DNA of 63,317 nucleotides, the filler included, from Rhabdomonas costata (Eukaryota), in assembly GCA_019059605.1 (NCBI GenBank). It is 29 parts of 29 records of this genome, joined end to end, with 100 filler letters (N's around TTAATTAATTAA, not from the genome) between each part and the next. Parts side by side here need not be neighbours in the genome. Positions count along the whole stretch, not along the records: positions 35,005 to 37,091 come from JAHMHO010005760.1; positions 37,192 to 39,278 come from JAHMHO010005761.1; positions 39,379 to 41,464 come from JAHMHO010005762.1; positions 41,565 to 43,651 come from JAHMHO010005763.1; positions 43,752 to 45,836 come from JAHMHO010005764.1; positions 45,937 to 48,022 come from JAHMHO010005765.1; positions 48,123 to 50,208 come from JAHMHO010005766.1; positions 50,309 to 52,393 come from JAHMHO010005767.1; 21 more parts are not named here. One strand, given 5' to 3'. The notes below the pieces were generated by a model. The model saw only the letters and a program-made list of their open reading frames with translations, had not been told where the DNA came from and did no database searches. A program made the position numbers and the translations under genes. Positions 36,416 to 50,791 of the stretch are shown piece after piece. Position 1 is the first letter of the stretch. Every line of letters begins with the position of its first letter.

Positions 36416-38817
36416 GTGTGATGCTTCCTCAGCAGTATTTCCTGCGCTGTGCCTTCTATTTGTTGGTTTTCAGGATTGGACAATGCTGCACTCTTTCTCT
36501 TCTGCTTTTTTTGTGAGCAATAGTATAGGGCGTTTGCATGGGGAAACAAAAAGCCCGGAGAATAAGGAAAGAAAGAGGGGAGGTATTTATGAGGGCCACA
36601 ACAGAAAGAATGTACCAATGAGGGCTACAGTAAGGGGCTGTTGCACACTGTGGAAGTGGGCATAACTTGGTATTATGGGGTTTAAGCAGGTGGACCATTC
36701 CGGTTATTGGCAGGGTGAACAGCGTGCTGCTTCACGTTCTATAAGAGTGAATTTGGTGTGATGCCTCGATTCTGGGTATGTTTCTTTTCGTTGTGGTTTC
36801 TGCAGAAAGGCAGTGCCGTTTTCCGCTTGTAACTAATTGGACCGAGGGGCGCATAGACCCCCGAGACTTGTACAGACTGATATTTGCAGACCTGCTAAGT
36901 GTTAACCGTCTTTCACTGAATTTCAGCCCGTGTATTCCGTTCCTTTCGCATCAGATGCGGTTCAGCGAGTGGGCCCAATGAGGAACCCTTCATAATTGTT
37001 GATAACAACCCGAAAAATGACTATTTCTGCACCGCCTCATTCATCAACACAACCCTCGCCCTCAACTGCACCGTGAGCTCCACCACCACCCNNNNNNNNN
37101 NNNNNNNNNNNNNNNNNNNNNNNNNNNNNNNNNNNTTAATTAATTAANNNNNNNNNNNNNNNNNNNNNNNNNNNNNNNNNNNNNNNNNNNNTGTGTGTGG
37201 GCATGCACTTATGCAACAGCATGATACGAGAACCTTGGTAGTCGCAGCGTCGCTGAGAACCGCAGTGCTTCCATAACGGTCGCGGATGGCGTCTGGGTGT
37301 CGGTCTGCTCCATGATGCTGCAAAAAGGAGTGGTGCCGAGCTTTCAGGCTAGTATCATCATTTAGGCTTTCAGGCTAGTATCATAACAACATCATCTCGT
37401 ATAGAAATACTAGGCATCGCATTGGTAGACTTGTTCTGGGGTCCGGATTCGGCTGATGATGGGAGAAATCCTGTTCAAACATCTCGGATTTGCTTTGGTC
37501 GTGGTTGTGCCACGGGTTTTGAGTTGGTGCCAGACGTGTGGAGCTTGGCCTTCCGATTCCTCTGATCTTGATCGATCGGAGCAGTCGATTCGGGCTAGGG
37601 CTTCCTACAGGAAGTACGGCATTCGGCTTGGGCTTCGCGAGCTGGCTGTGAGTCCACGCGTGCGATCGCGTTTCTGGATTGGGTATGAGCGTTCAGGTCT
37701 AACGCTGCTAACTGTTGCTTACTGTTGGCCTATTCGTCATTTTCAGCGCAGTCATGACAGGGTGCTGTTTGTGTAGGTTGCGGGGCTTCGTGCAGGGTTC
37801 GATCTCGCGTAGTCATGGGTTCGGTCCTTCCGAATATCGTACGTGTGTGTGGACGGGTACCGTACGGTAGATCGTGTCGGGTAGTGTTGTGGCACTGCCC
37901 AGTGCGCTGCTCTGCGGTCCATGTTTGATGCTCCTGCTTCTCCCGCAGCTGTAACAACTTGAATGACGTATGACTGCGTGAATGCTGCATTGGCCTTTGC
38001 TTGGGCGCTGTCGTGCGGTCTTGGTGGGTGAGTGCACGTTCTTATGGAGGAGTCCGTGCATTCCCAGAGCGTTTGTTGTTGCTTTGGCAGCACTGCAAGT
38101 TGTGTGTTGACGGTTGGCGATACTTCTCTGCTCGACAGGTTCTTTGGCGTTTGTGGATGTCTTTACTGTGACAACAATCGATCAACTGGCATTGGCCGTT
38201 CGGTTCTAGTACTCTCTCTGACTATGAATACAGCTACTGCTCGAGTGTTGGGTACAGGTGGGGCTTCTCCTGTAACCCTCAAGAACCAGTGGCCCAGCTA
38301 TGGGTGGGACCCCACACACATGCGGGGGTGAGCTGTTCAATGCACTGCTTTCGGGCTGTGAACAAATATGCCAGATGGGGCCACTGTCTCAAGAGCGCGG
38401 TTCCCTCCGAGACTGGATTCCCCTAGGGGCCCGTACGGAAGCTCATGGACGTCCTATTCGATTTGTAGTACCGGTGCATCATTATCATGACAGTTCCTGT
38501 TTTTGTAGTGTTCGTCATTGTGGGACAGGTAGCATTGGAGAATTGGCGGTGAGAGGAGTTGGTTGCAGTTTCAGACTTTTTGTTTCGCTCCTGACCGTCT
38601 CACCATATGATGTCCACGGTACTGTATAACGTACATACATACACGTTGGTATCACGTGGTGTCGTCCCTAGATGGCCCATCCCGGCAGCCCGGGGAAAAG
38701 AGAAAGGAAAAGATGAATGGGTGGTGGTGGTGGCGATGATGGAGCGCAGATTGTTTTTTCGTCGAATAGGCAAATTGGGGGCATAATGCGTCTGAGCGCG
38801 GGTGGAGCTGCCCCAAC

Positions 38818-38927
38818 CTGCTGATCCGCTTGAGCTCCTGCTGGTCTGCGCGCTTCGCGTTCAGAAGGATTTCCCCCTTGATCTTACCCGCCGTGATGCG
38901 GCCCGACAGGAGACGCAGAAGGGTACC
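38818..38927 (-). CDS. ABC transporter G-family nucleotide-binding domain exon
   Basis: TLLRLLSGRITAGKIKGEILLNA...ELKRIS follows the ABCG post-Walker-A pattern. AG/GT-bounded. Confidence 0.8.
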
Positions 38928-39865
38928 CTGAAGAAATCGCACAGAGCAGAGAACCCTCACTCCAAGCAATGACGTGCAAAATCACGAACCGGAAATCTGG
39001 CGGTAACACCGCTTGGCCAGACTGAAAAAAATGTGCGTAGGAACATTGGTCACACAGGCAACCTTATCCACCCGATCCATCAGAACCCATACAGAAGTGC
39101 TGCAGCAAAGTGAGAACCTGCCACAGCAAGCGCCACCATCACATACACAAACAGGCAAGAAGGAATTCACTGAAGGTTGAAGGACACGATTCGGAATGGC
39201 AAACCACTCTGCACATCAAGGAGGATGGAGGATGGAAAAATAGAAAACTGCGGGGACAACGCCAGAGAAACAACAACCNNNNNNNNNNNNNNNNNNNNNN
39301 NNNNNNNNNNNNNNNNNNNNNNTTAATTAATTAANNNNNNNNNNNNNNNNNNNNNNNNNNNNNNNNNNNNNNNNNNNNGTGGTGGGTGTGTGTGGTGTGG
39401 TTGTGGCAAAGATGGCACAAACGTGGGGCAAGGTTGGATGTGGGGTGTGGTTGATATCATGAACCGCGCATGCATGTGCGTCGGGAAACCCCGAGGCACG
39501 CAAAGAACCGCAAAAACCACTACCAAGCAGGCATACACGCACGCCCCACCATGCCGTGTGGGGGTGGGTGCTGTCCTGTGGTGCTCTGACACATCGGTGC
39601 AATAGCGGAGACCGCGCATGAGGCCATTGCAAATACACACATGAAAAACCCATGTCCATGCCAGGCATGCATTCACTGCCGGGACCAGGAATGCTGCAAC
39701 ACCATACAGACACCCCACGCAGACACACCGTTTGCAAAAGACAGGAGTTCGTTTGGAAGAAACGTCTCCAGGCGAGTCCCATCAAATCCCCCGCCTCCTT
39801 AGCAACTGCTGTGAGAACAATGAACATTCCTTCGTACAGACACGCAGAGTAATTAAGAGCATCTC

Positions 39866-41095
39866 TCAGCCGCTTTCGCTCAGCACTGCTGTCATCGACG
39901 AGGTCGGTTGTGCGACTTCAAAAACAGTCCAGCTCGAGACAGAGGCGTTATGCGGCATGCTCGCCACCCGGGCCGTGGAGCGGTGCGTGATACGTGATAG
40001 AACACTTTGTTGCTCCATCTCGCTGTGAACCGCATAGGGGCTCTCCTCCACACCTCGCCTGGACTTCGAATGAGGGGTCACTGACTGACACTGCATCTGC
40101 TGCTGCTTGCTGCAGTGCGCGCAGTTCAGGGGCCGGCTGCAGGAGTCACAGACCTGCCCAAAGTTCAGCTTAAGTCGGGGAACCGGGCTGGGCAAGGAGA
40201 TCGCGATGATCTCCGGGAACGTCCGTGCGGCCAGCGCAGGGGAGCTCACTTGGACCACTTCCTTGGGGTGCACGATCCCCTTCAGCGGGAACAGCCCCAG
40301 GTGGGTGAACACGCACCCCGAGCGCTGCGCTGTGCTGAGCATGGCGTGGGTCTCCGAGGAGATCAGAACCTGCCCTCCAGCGCCCAGGGCCTCGATGCGA
40401 GCCGCGCAGTTAACCTTCCGAGGGAGGGGAAAAGGAACTCAACGCCACTGCACCGCAGGACTGTAGAGTGAAAGCAACATTGACCTGCAGGGTTCTGGAT
40501 ATGTATGTCCACCTGGTCCCTTTCTTGAGGTCCATTATCCAAGAGAAAACGTTGTTCGGGTGGAAGGCGTGCCTTGCGGGGTATGTGCTCTCTCCGTGGT
40601 AGCCCAAATTTCACCCACAAACGCGCAAAGTGAGAGCCGTGTAGCCATTACCATCCTATTTGATACCACCGTTGGGAATTTCGCTCCTTTCCGCTTCAAC
40701 CACCGTTCAGAAGTTTTGGGCCTTGCAAGCCCCTCTTAATACCAAAAATTGGAGGAAAACACGAGAAAAAGCAGAGGGTCCAAACTACTGCCGCATACTG
40801 CGGGACCAAAATAGTCCACTCCGTTGGTGCGAGGGTTGTACTCCAGCTCCGGCGAGCCCGTGTGGATCCCCATCCGAACCCGAAGCCCACGGAACAGGTA
40901 CTTCGCGGAGGCTTTCTTGGCATCCTCCACATGCACTGGCTGCAGAACCTCAGCACAGCTGGTGCTGGCAAGAATATCCTCGGGCCAGTTCAGCCCCAGA
41001 AGGGCTTCCTGGACGTCCAGAGCCCACTGCAGGGCGGCCGGGGCATTGGAGAAAGCCACCATGAAGCTGTCTCCCTGCGTCTTCACTTCGTAGCC
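39866..41095 (-). CDS. Class III adenylyl cyclase, euglenozoan type; exons 41095-40799 and 40414 onward
   Basis: GYEVKTQGDSFMVAF, LFRGLRVRMGIHTG, DYFGPA|VNCAARIEALGAGGQVLIS and LGLFPLKGI. The 3' end is uncertain. Confidence 0.93.
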
Positions 41096-44000
41096 CTGCA
41101 AAGGGTGGAGATCGCCACTGTAGAAACCACGCGAGTGACTTAACAACCCACAAGAACTTGGAAGAAAATGATGCACAATCAGCATCCGCCCGCACTACTG
41201 ATTTCTTCTTATTTCCACTGCCCACGGTGGCTTTGAAGGCATGCCGCACCACTCCATCCCAACGGACCCCTGGTTGTACTGATCAACCTACTTTGCGTAG
41301 CGGTGCTGTTCAAGCGAGTTAGCGTTCGCTACTTAACTACCCACATACAAATGCTTTTCATCACCTTTTCCTTCTACCCTCTCACGAAACCTTTTGTAGG
41401 CGAAACATCCCTCAAATGAGAGCAACTTGGCACAAGTGCATGAAAAAATGTTCCCAGCACCCAGNNNNNNNNNNNNNNNNNNNNNNNNNNNNNNNNNNNN
41501 NNNNNNNNTTAATTAATTAANNNNNNNNNNNNNNNNNNNNNNNNNNNNNNNNNNNNNNNNNNNNGGTTTTTTGGCTGCGGCTTTCATGTCTTGCCCCTGG
41601 AGTGTCAGGGGTCGCTTTCCTGCGGTCGGCCTCTCCTGCTCTGCGTCACTGTTCTCCCTGGATGCTCCATACTTGATCTCCGCCGCCATCTTTCCCCGAC
41701 CCTTCTCTGCTCCTGGCCCTCTCTCACTCACTCTCACGTCCCCTGCCTCTCTCGCTCGCTCCCGTTGCTGTTGCACTCTCTCTGGCGGTGCTTCCTTCGA
41801 ATGACGACTTTGGTTTTGGCGGGTGCTGTCCCCGTTTTCGGCTTTTGGCCTATCCTTATTCTCCCGCGGAGGACCTGGGGTTGGAATTGGTTGCCTCTCC
41901 TTTCTGGTCATCGCTGACCTTTGTGGAGGGCCTCTGGGGTAAACACCCCTCCCACCTTCCTCGCTGCTGCCACATCCCTCAGCCCCGAGAGGCGGTGGGG
42001 CTGATTATCAAGTGTACAGTGCAGTCGCGGTTTTTTTGTCTTTGTTGGGGCGGGCCGTGTTGCCGCGGCTGCGCCGCCTTGACGCCACCTTGGCTCGCTC
42101 GCAGTGATGATGGCATCCGTTTGTGTGTGTGTTTCCTCTGCTAGTAGTGCGTGCCGTGAACTGTTTCTGTTCATCACCAAATCTGATCTCCTTACTTTTC
42201 CTATCCTTTGCTGACTGCTGTGCAGAACCAGCGGTGGTTTCTTCTGCAGGTTGCTTTTTAGCAAACTGCCTGTTGTAGGTGTTTGTATATTAGCATCCAG
42301 TTCACTGTAGCGATATCACTCTCTGTGCGTGTGTTCTTTTGTCAGTGGCCACCGACAGCGATAAGTCGACTGGTCAAGCGCAGAGGTTGGAGCTCCCTAA
42401 ACCCAAGAAGCCCCAGGCAGCGGAAGAGAGTTTGAAAGCCCGCTGGAGACGGAAATAACCTCCACCGAAAATTGCCTTGTGCACATAATGTGTATGTGTC
42501 CTATCCGTCCACACAAATCAGTGTCTGCGCGTGGCCAAACAATCTCCGTCCAGCATTAAGGGGCTATCCAAATCCCACATCCCATCTGTATTAAGGCATC
42601 CAGGATGCAGGATGAGGGAAAACGAGAGAAAACGAGAGGCAAAAAGACGGCCACGGCCAACAAGCATACTTCGTGCATCGGTTGTGTTTGTGTTTGAGTT
42701 CTTCTGTGAAGAGCCTTCGATATTCTGCGGAAGCACCTCAGCCCGGGGCAAAGGGAATACCAGATAAGCCTTTACAAACAACAAAAACATCAGCCTCAAA
42801 GGACATGGAAACCTGTCAATGTTTGAGAGAAGCGATATGAGGCAATATATAAGCACCCTGTGACACCACGAACTCGGTAAAGTGCGGACTTAGCTATTTT
42901 TCCTTTCCGGGGTGTGATCGTTTTTCCATTATGCTTGTTGTCGTGTTATCATTTGCTCTCGCAGGTGTTCAAGGTTCCGACCAAGTTTTTCAAGCACACC
43001 GGTGATGTCTTATCGGTGCGCTTCTTTTTCTGTAAAATACCACCTGCCTCATCCTGCTGTCCCGGGTCGGAAGGCCTAACCATTCATTCCCCCACACTAC
43101 TATCCACCTCATCTCGACCAAGATGTGAAAGGGTAAGACTCAGCCCCAGCTGAAACCAATGTATGCGCGGCAATGAGCCTGTGGACTCCTGTGGAGTTCA
43201 AGGGAAGCTTGCGTAAAAGTCTCATGATGACCCTGACATGATGCGGAATTCATCTCAACGTTCAACGTGACTATGGCTGGGCTCTTTGTATTGTTACTTT
43301 CGACAGTATCCATAGGTGAGCGAGAAAGTTAATCTAACGAACGCATTACTGCCAACTTCCGATTAGGTGCTTTTAAATCGTGCAAACTTGCAGTCATTCT
43401 CAAAAATATGCAAGATGGCGCAACTCTCTTAGCTCCCACTCCCACTCTTTTTTTTTGCGATTCGGTGAACGCTGGAAAGCGTGGAAGAGAGGTGTGGGAG
43501 TTGTCTAGTGTTTTCTGCAACAGCAAGAACTCCTTTATTATTTTTGGACATGGTTGTAGGTCTGGTTTGATGACCAGCCGGACTTCACGGAGGTCACGAT
43601 GATGGTGAAAGTGGCCAGCCGGCTGAAGTCCGGCTGGTCATCACACCAACCNNNNNNNNNNNNNNNNNNNNNNNNNNNNNNNNNNNNNNNNNNNNTTAAT
43701 TAATTAANNNNNNNNNNNNNNNNNNNNNNNNNNNNNNNNNNNNNNNNNNNNGTGTGGGTGTGTTTGGGTTGTGTTGGGAACCGTTACCAGTTTTATTAGG
43801 CTCCATCGTAAACTGAAACTTTTGTCGCAGCATTTAGAGCACACGTTCTAGGGATGAACGGTTCAAAATCAGGGCAGGCAGTGCGACGCCTGATGTTTTG
43901 GGGCTGAAGGTGCACGGCGGGGGAAATTTTGACTCAAGGAGTACAAGAAAATACACATACACTGAAAAAACACACTGAAAAAACTTCAGTCAACATTGAT

Positions 44001-46582
44001 AATGTCTAAAAGATCGAAGACTTTTTGAAATAAGTGTTCGCCGCCTTGCATCCAGCCGATGCCCCATCACGGAAATGTTCCCAAGGTGCGCTCTCCAATG
44101 CGGGCGACAGGTTGGAGCGCAGGAAGGAAGGGACAGCGCCTCATAGTTGCATTTTGCATGGTTCTGCTTCAACCTGACGGCAGCAAAAGGCTGTCTGACT
44201 TCCGCAGCTTGTTGCATTGAACTTTGATTTGAATTATTGAATCAAATATCTCTTTTCGTGTCTAAGGCTTGCGGGGTGCGCCGTCCCCATTGTACTATTG
44301 GCATCCCGTTTGTGTGGCATCCTGTCCCGATTTTCCGTGAGTGAAAATTATTAAATTGAGCTGATTTGAATTAAATTGAATTGAACTTGAGCAGCCCAGC
44401 ATTGATCTTTGAAAGGTCACTTTGAACTCTGAACTCTGAAATTCGACGTTCAATTTTTTTTAACCCAGTTTTCTAGGATTTTTGATGTTTCAGCTGTAGA
44501 TATGACATTGAACTTTGAATTGAATTAAACATTGAGCGTCTCCACATTGAGCTTTGAGGCCGGTGCAACGTGCTCCATTATTTGGGTCAGGTTGGTTGTC
44601 CGCTTTCTCCCCTCCCCAGGGTTGCCTCGTCCACACACACCTCGCGAGCTTCCTTGAATTCGGTCGAGTTTTGAACCTGTACAGACCTCGGGAATACCTG
44701 ACAGGTGACAGGGGTGTGTTTCTCGTTCACCCCCATCTTTGCCAGTCGTGTGTGCCTGGCGTGAGTGTCCCTGAACTTACCTGTACATTGCCCCATTCTC
44801 ACCTTTTGCAGAAGACCATCCGTTATTAATTGACTGTGAGTTTATAAGCAATAACAATTTAGCATAGCCTGCAACGATACCGTTTCGCTTTTTTGCTGCA
44901 GCTACGGTGCAGCAAAAAACAGTGCGAAGACTTTGCACTAAAAACAACTTCAAAAAGAACATTAACTCGTGCTTGCATTCAAGTTCACATACTAAAATGT
45001 GGATTGCGGATTGTGGGATGCGATTCAACCAACAAAAAAAGGGCATTCAACTTGACGCATGATTCAATCTCTTACAAAAAGAGAAGGTGGTCGCGGATCA
45101 GCACACAAACAGACCCCAGCCATTTGTATGAGTATGTGTGCGCAGTCAACCTAAATTCAGTTTTGTTAAATGCCCCTTCTTTATTCATTATCTACGAGCC
45201 AAGGCCATAAAATTGAAAAAAAAAGGTGAAATGCAGTTCAAAAAATAGCAAAAAAAAATTGCTGTGGCATAAAATTTTTATAGCTGATGTAACATATTTT
45301 TTTTGCAGTGTAACATTTTTGCACCGCCTTGAGATTTTAAAAAAATAAATTACTGGCATCAGGGTATCAGTTCTGAAAGGCACAGTGCTGGTGATACACA
45401 CAAATATATGAGAAGCAAAAAAGAATGAGGGGGGAGGGGCAAGCGAATCGATGCTAGCCAGAATCAGGAGTTGAGGGGCAATTGTGCAAGTCATACGGTG
45501 TTTTCCAGGTCAGGTCAAAAAAGCAGAATTGGGTCAATGCAATGATAACCTGGTTAGCCTGGCCTCAGCAAGAAGCTGCCCTTCACCTCTTTTCTGCGCA
45601 GTGTATTCTATTTGTTCTACCGTTTCGATTTTTTGTGTGCGCAGTCAAACAATGCAAAGCCGTCTTGGGGCTTTATCTGGCCGGGCCGGGTGGCTTTTTG
45701 CGCAAAGATTCAGCACAACCAGGGCTGCCAGCTCTGCGGGTTTGATTTTGCTGGAGCGGTAAGTTCATGCCTATGAATCTACCACCTGGTGGAATGAATT
45801 AAACTGACTTTCATGAGAATGATTTGACCCAACCACNNNNNNNNNNNNNNNNNNNNNNNNNNNNNNNNNNNNNNNNNNNNTTAATTAATTAANNNNNNNN
45901 NNNNNNNNNNNNNNNNNNNNNNNNNNNNNNNNNNNNGGTTGTTGTTTAACGATTTCAACCGATTAACGCCGTTAAACGTTTGACATCGTTAAACATCAAA
46001 AGTCACTCAGCACGGGGGTTAGTTTAATGTGCCTATACTCACTAGATGATGTTATTTCAGCGAAAGGTTTACTGTTCTACCGCCCCCTTGATGCCGATTT
46101 ATTAAGTTCCGTAAATTCCGACCGTTTAACGCCCCCCCTCCCCAAACTCATGAAAATAGAACGTTCTGCCACGTGAGCGATGGACGAAAAGAGCGAGAAG
46201 TGAGCCATCTGCATAGTGGACGGCGGGGGGGGGGATCTGTGCAGCTGAAACCTACCCTTTCTAAGCTTTTGGCTGAAAAACCCGCTTTTACTGATGAGAG
46301 TTTTGCAAGAGCTCTTGAAACCACCCAACCCGCAAAACAGCTACAATTTTCATTTTTCAGATTCTGCGGAAATTTTTCATCGTGGACAGATGAGCGTCCA
46401 TACCATGTCCCTTGTGCTCTGGGTTCCAGTGGCGTGTTCTGGTGAGACTGAGAAGCTTCCGATGCGTGCTCCACCCCGCCCAAATCCTCGTCCACCCACG
46501 GCCAAACTCAAAAACAACCGTTTCGTGCAGCAACGAGGCAACTTGAGCACTTAAACGCATGATTGGCAAATACTGCAAGCAC

Positions 46583-47219
46583 CTGAATTCCGCTCAGCTG
46601 ACTTGCTAAGGCCAACATAGAGTACATGGACACCGAATCGCCGTAGAAGTACACGGCCTGCGCAGGTTTCCACACAACTCGGTCAGAGCGATAGAAAGCC
46701 AAGAAGCAGATACTCGTGGCGGGGAAAAAAGTAGTTGTTTGTTGACAAGGTGATGCACGGCGAACTGGGGAGATATTGTCTTCTTGAAAACTTTGCACAG
46801 CAATGGGTAGAGAAGTTCTTATAACCTGGCACTGAGAGTCTGGCGTGGCCGTTCGAAAGTGCAACGGGGTGCCGTACCGTCAATAGCGTCACGAAGAAAT
46901 CATCCACAGTAATTCCATTGCACAAAAAACCCTTAGAAACTCGAAGAATCCCGCCATAAAATATTTCTTCCCCAACCCAGCTGCAGGAAAACACAAACGA
47001 GTCCCCATGGAGTGGGAACTCAGATTTTCCCTAACACTTGTCGACCTTGTTTTCAAAGGCACGGTGGAGGATCCCCGCGGATTCGTTGCTGCACTGGCAC
47101 ACTGAGCACTGACAGGGCCGCGGGACCGGTGGACACTCCGTTCCGGAAGTAGGCGCAGCGGAGCCGCAGCGCGAACCCACGGTCAGGATGATGCATAGCA
47201 GATGCAGCCATGCCCGCAT
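46583..47219 (-). CDS. Secreted protein, possible SGNH/PC-esterase-like (GDS motif), first exons
   Basis: Signal-peptide-like MRAWLHLLCIILTVG, a Cys-rich linker, then exons ..TVDDFFVTLLT|AVYFYGDSVSMY. Confidence 0.5.
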
Positions 47220-49629
47220 TGCAGCTGATCATTCAGAAAGCATTGAAAAAGAGAACCTATCGAAAATACATACAGGCCGCCCGGCAACCAAAGAAACAAT
47301 CTCCGAGAATCGAAAGTTTGCAATGCGCGCTGGCCACCACGTTGTACAGCAGAAAACTTCCGTGGGACTTCTGGGGGCTGTAGGCTAGTGCCAACCCCTT
47401 TATCTTTACTGACAGCCAAACACCCACGATCGCTCGTGATGCACGACGAGCGCGGCCCCCCTGATGGGAATTCCCTAAAAGGGAAAGCAGGTTGTTTGAC
47501 ATTAAGTGACAAATTGTCGCTGCGGTATTCACTGAATGGTTCTCCGGGGGGTTCAAAAACAACACACAGACTGGCTGTATGAAAAATCCAGTGCTGAACT
47601 CACGGGCCAATCCAAAGAGCGGTCGACATCCTTCGTCCTTTTCGCACAGCCATTCCCATCAAAATATGAACGCGACCGTGAACGGACAGGTTTCCTGCCA
47701 ATAAAAGAAATCGTGAGATCAAATTAGGGCATCGAATGAGGGCAACTGCGTCGGCCAGTTAAACGTCCAGGAGGGTTAGCGGCTATACAGGTTTTTTGTA
47801 TGTGAATCGAAGACAAGCCTATTGCCGAGAGATCATCACATAGAAACGACTCGGGAATAAATGCTCATGGTTCCGCACCCCTAAATAATAAATCATCTCC
47901 AAGCAAAAAGCCTCCACCCTTCAGAAAGGTTTCAGGTGCTCAACGTAACACCAACAGCAACCAACACTTCGAATCACAAAAATGGCCCTGAAATGGCCTC
48001 TAGCGTGGCTCTAAACCACACCNNNNNNNNNNNNNNNNNNNNNNNNNNNNNNNNNNNNNNNNNNNNTTAATTAATTAANNNNNNNNNNNNNNNNNNNNNN
48101 NNNNNNNNNNNNNNNNNNNNNNGTGGTGGGTGTGGTTGGGGTTTGGTTGTGGATGCTGATCATTAATTGCCAGCCCACCCATAAAAGGAGACGGATTGCA
48201 AAACGCACGACTTGCCCACAAAACACTCCTTTAGATGTTGTGAGGGAAGGGCAGCAAGAAAGGACGAAAGAAGCAGCTCCAAGCGTTTGTACCACGAAAG
48301 GATTCAAGCCGGGGGTTACATGGAGGGTGGTGCCCTGCCACGACAGGGGCAACGCAGTCAACGATGTGCAGGGACCGACGGGGCCAAGGAGCCCACAGCA
48401 CAGCCGTCACGATCCTCACACAAAGTTTTCAACTTGCCCGCTTTCTGATCTGAATGGCAGAAGGAAAGTGCCCCATGATCTGACCCTACAAAACGCCGGA
48501 ACAAGGCTACCTTCAGGTTCAGGGTAATCGGCTCGCCCATCAGGGAGTATATACGGCGCGGGGGTATCTACAGAGTGCGCGCGAGGATGAGGGGGGGGGG
48601 TACATAAAGAACCCGCAAAAAGCATCTGAATTCCTACAGTCAGGTAAATATATAGTGCCGGTGAACCTCCCAAACAACTCAGCCCGAGAGTGAGCAAAGA
48701 GAACCTCAGTGCGGGGGCCCTTTGGGAACCAGCACACTGTGTGTTGGCAGGTGGCAAGGCAGAGCACACATCACAGCTCAGAGGGCAGTGGGCTCACCCC
48801 TTAACAGATCCATCAGGGTGGACAGGCCTCGCGCTTGGGCCTCAGAGAGAGCTGGAGCGCGGTGGAGTTGGGGCAGAGCACGCAGAAGAGCGGTCAGTGC
48901 GCCAGAGTTGTCGAGGTCAGCGCAGCGGCGGGGAATCGGCCGGCCTTCGATGTATGTTGGATTTGATTTAGAGAGCAGAAGAGGCGTAAAAAGTTGTGAA
49001 AACAAAGCCCCCTGTCGAGAAACAAGTGAAAGCGAACTTACGAGCAGCTAAAAAAACAAGCCAACGAAAGACAAGGGTCAAGACAACCGAATATCAAGCC
49101 GAGCATCAACGTGACCAATACCTGCGATGCAGCTACTGCAAGAATACGTCAAATAGCGTCCGTAACCCTAACATAGAGAACGGCCACTCCGCATTTCCAA
49201 AGGAATGCACCGCACACCACTCTGTGGTCTGGAAAAAGTGACGAAGCCCTCCTCGTAGCAGCCCTTGCAAACCCCGCAGTCGCTCTGCCGGCTGCAGAGC
49301 GCAATGCCTTCCCCGTGACAGGCCATGCAGCGAGTGATTTTATCCTTGTCCTCGCAGTCGGCAGGCACGAAGCCTGCCAGTGTGGCAGCCCCTGAGCGAA
49401 GGCAGATGCATCGATGGAGCAATGCGCTGAGACATTGTTGATACCTTCACACAAACAAAAAGAGAGCAGGCGCTCCAAAAAAAAGCGACATACAAAATAA
49501 GGTTTTGGACCAAAGTAGTGTTTGAAAAGACCCAAAAAGCAGCGGGGCATTGAACAACGGCTTCAAATCAATCGAAAAAAAGACCTTTCGCCTAAAAAAA
49601 AGTGCCCCACAAAAGTACAAACGGAACTA

Positions 49630-50208
49630 GGGTAAAGACCTCGCACGCACTCCAGCAGTGCTTCGCATCCAATCGTGGGAATAGACCCCGCAGGGACCGC
49701 ACCCGCCAGAATAGGCACGAGCTCGAAGTGGCCTACACGGCTGCACGCCACCAAGGGAGTGTCCCCCGCCCTGGAACCTGCCATGGGGTCTGCCTTGGCC
49801 TCCAGCAGCTCCTTGCACAGCTCCTGCAAGCCATTCACAGAGGCCCACACCAGCGCAGGGCAGCCATCCTTGCCCACCACCCCGGGGTCCGCCTTGGCAC
49901 GAACCAGCTCCAAACACACTTCCTCACGAGCTTCCCGTACCGCTGCGAGCAGGGCGGTCTCCCCGTCCTTGTCCACGATTGTAAGGTCGGCCGAGGCTTG
50001 GATGAGCTCCTTGCAGGCCTCCAAATGGCCTCGGCAGGCAGCCCAGTGGAGAGGGGTCAAACCATCATTACCGGAGGCATTGGCGTCCGCCTTGGCCTCC
50101 AGAAGCACTTTGCAGACACTGGCTTTTCCTCTGCAGGCGGCCCACAGCACAGCTGTGCTGCCATCGTTGTCAGCGGCGTTGATTTCCGCTTTAGCTAAAA
50201 ACCACCCC
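49630..50208 (-). CDS. Ankyrin-repeat protein (about 5 repeats, partial)
   Basis: DGLTPLHWAACRGHLEACKELI, DKDGETALLAAV and GDTPLVACSRVGH. Confidence 0.93.
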
Positions 50209-50791
50209 NNNNNNNNNNNNNNNNNNNNNNNNNNNNNNNNNNNNNNNNNNNNTTAATTAATTAANNNNNNNNNNNNNNNNNNNNNNNNNNNNNNNNNNNN
50301 NNNNNNNNCCCCCTGGGCTTGTTTTGCTCTGCAGTGACTCTCGTGCGCGACCTGTTCCGAATTTCGGCTCTTTTCAGCAGCTTTGCGTCTCTGTCCTGTG
50401 TCTAAGGCCAGAAGAATTTTCCCGCCACTCTTCTTTGGTTGGTATTCAACCGCCGTGAGGGTATTAATGATGGATCAGCTGAATAATGGATCATTATTTT
50501 TAAAAGTCCCAAAATCACGGCACTGCACGGCACTGCACGGCACATCATTATTTTCAGTACAAATAATGGAACAATGGATCAATGTCGGTTGATCGCTTGG
50601 TTGATTATCCATTTTTCCCCATCAAAGTTACTTTCATTGGTCTCCTTTAGCCTTTTACCATGATCAGCCCTGTTTCGTCTGAAAAAAACCCCGGAGCTAA
50701 TCCATTTTCCGTCCCGATCCATTATTAATATTTACTGCGTGTGCGCAACTTTTCATGTTTGTTAGGCATTGTCTGTTGTTCATTTGGTCAG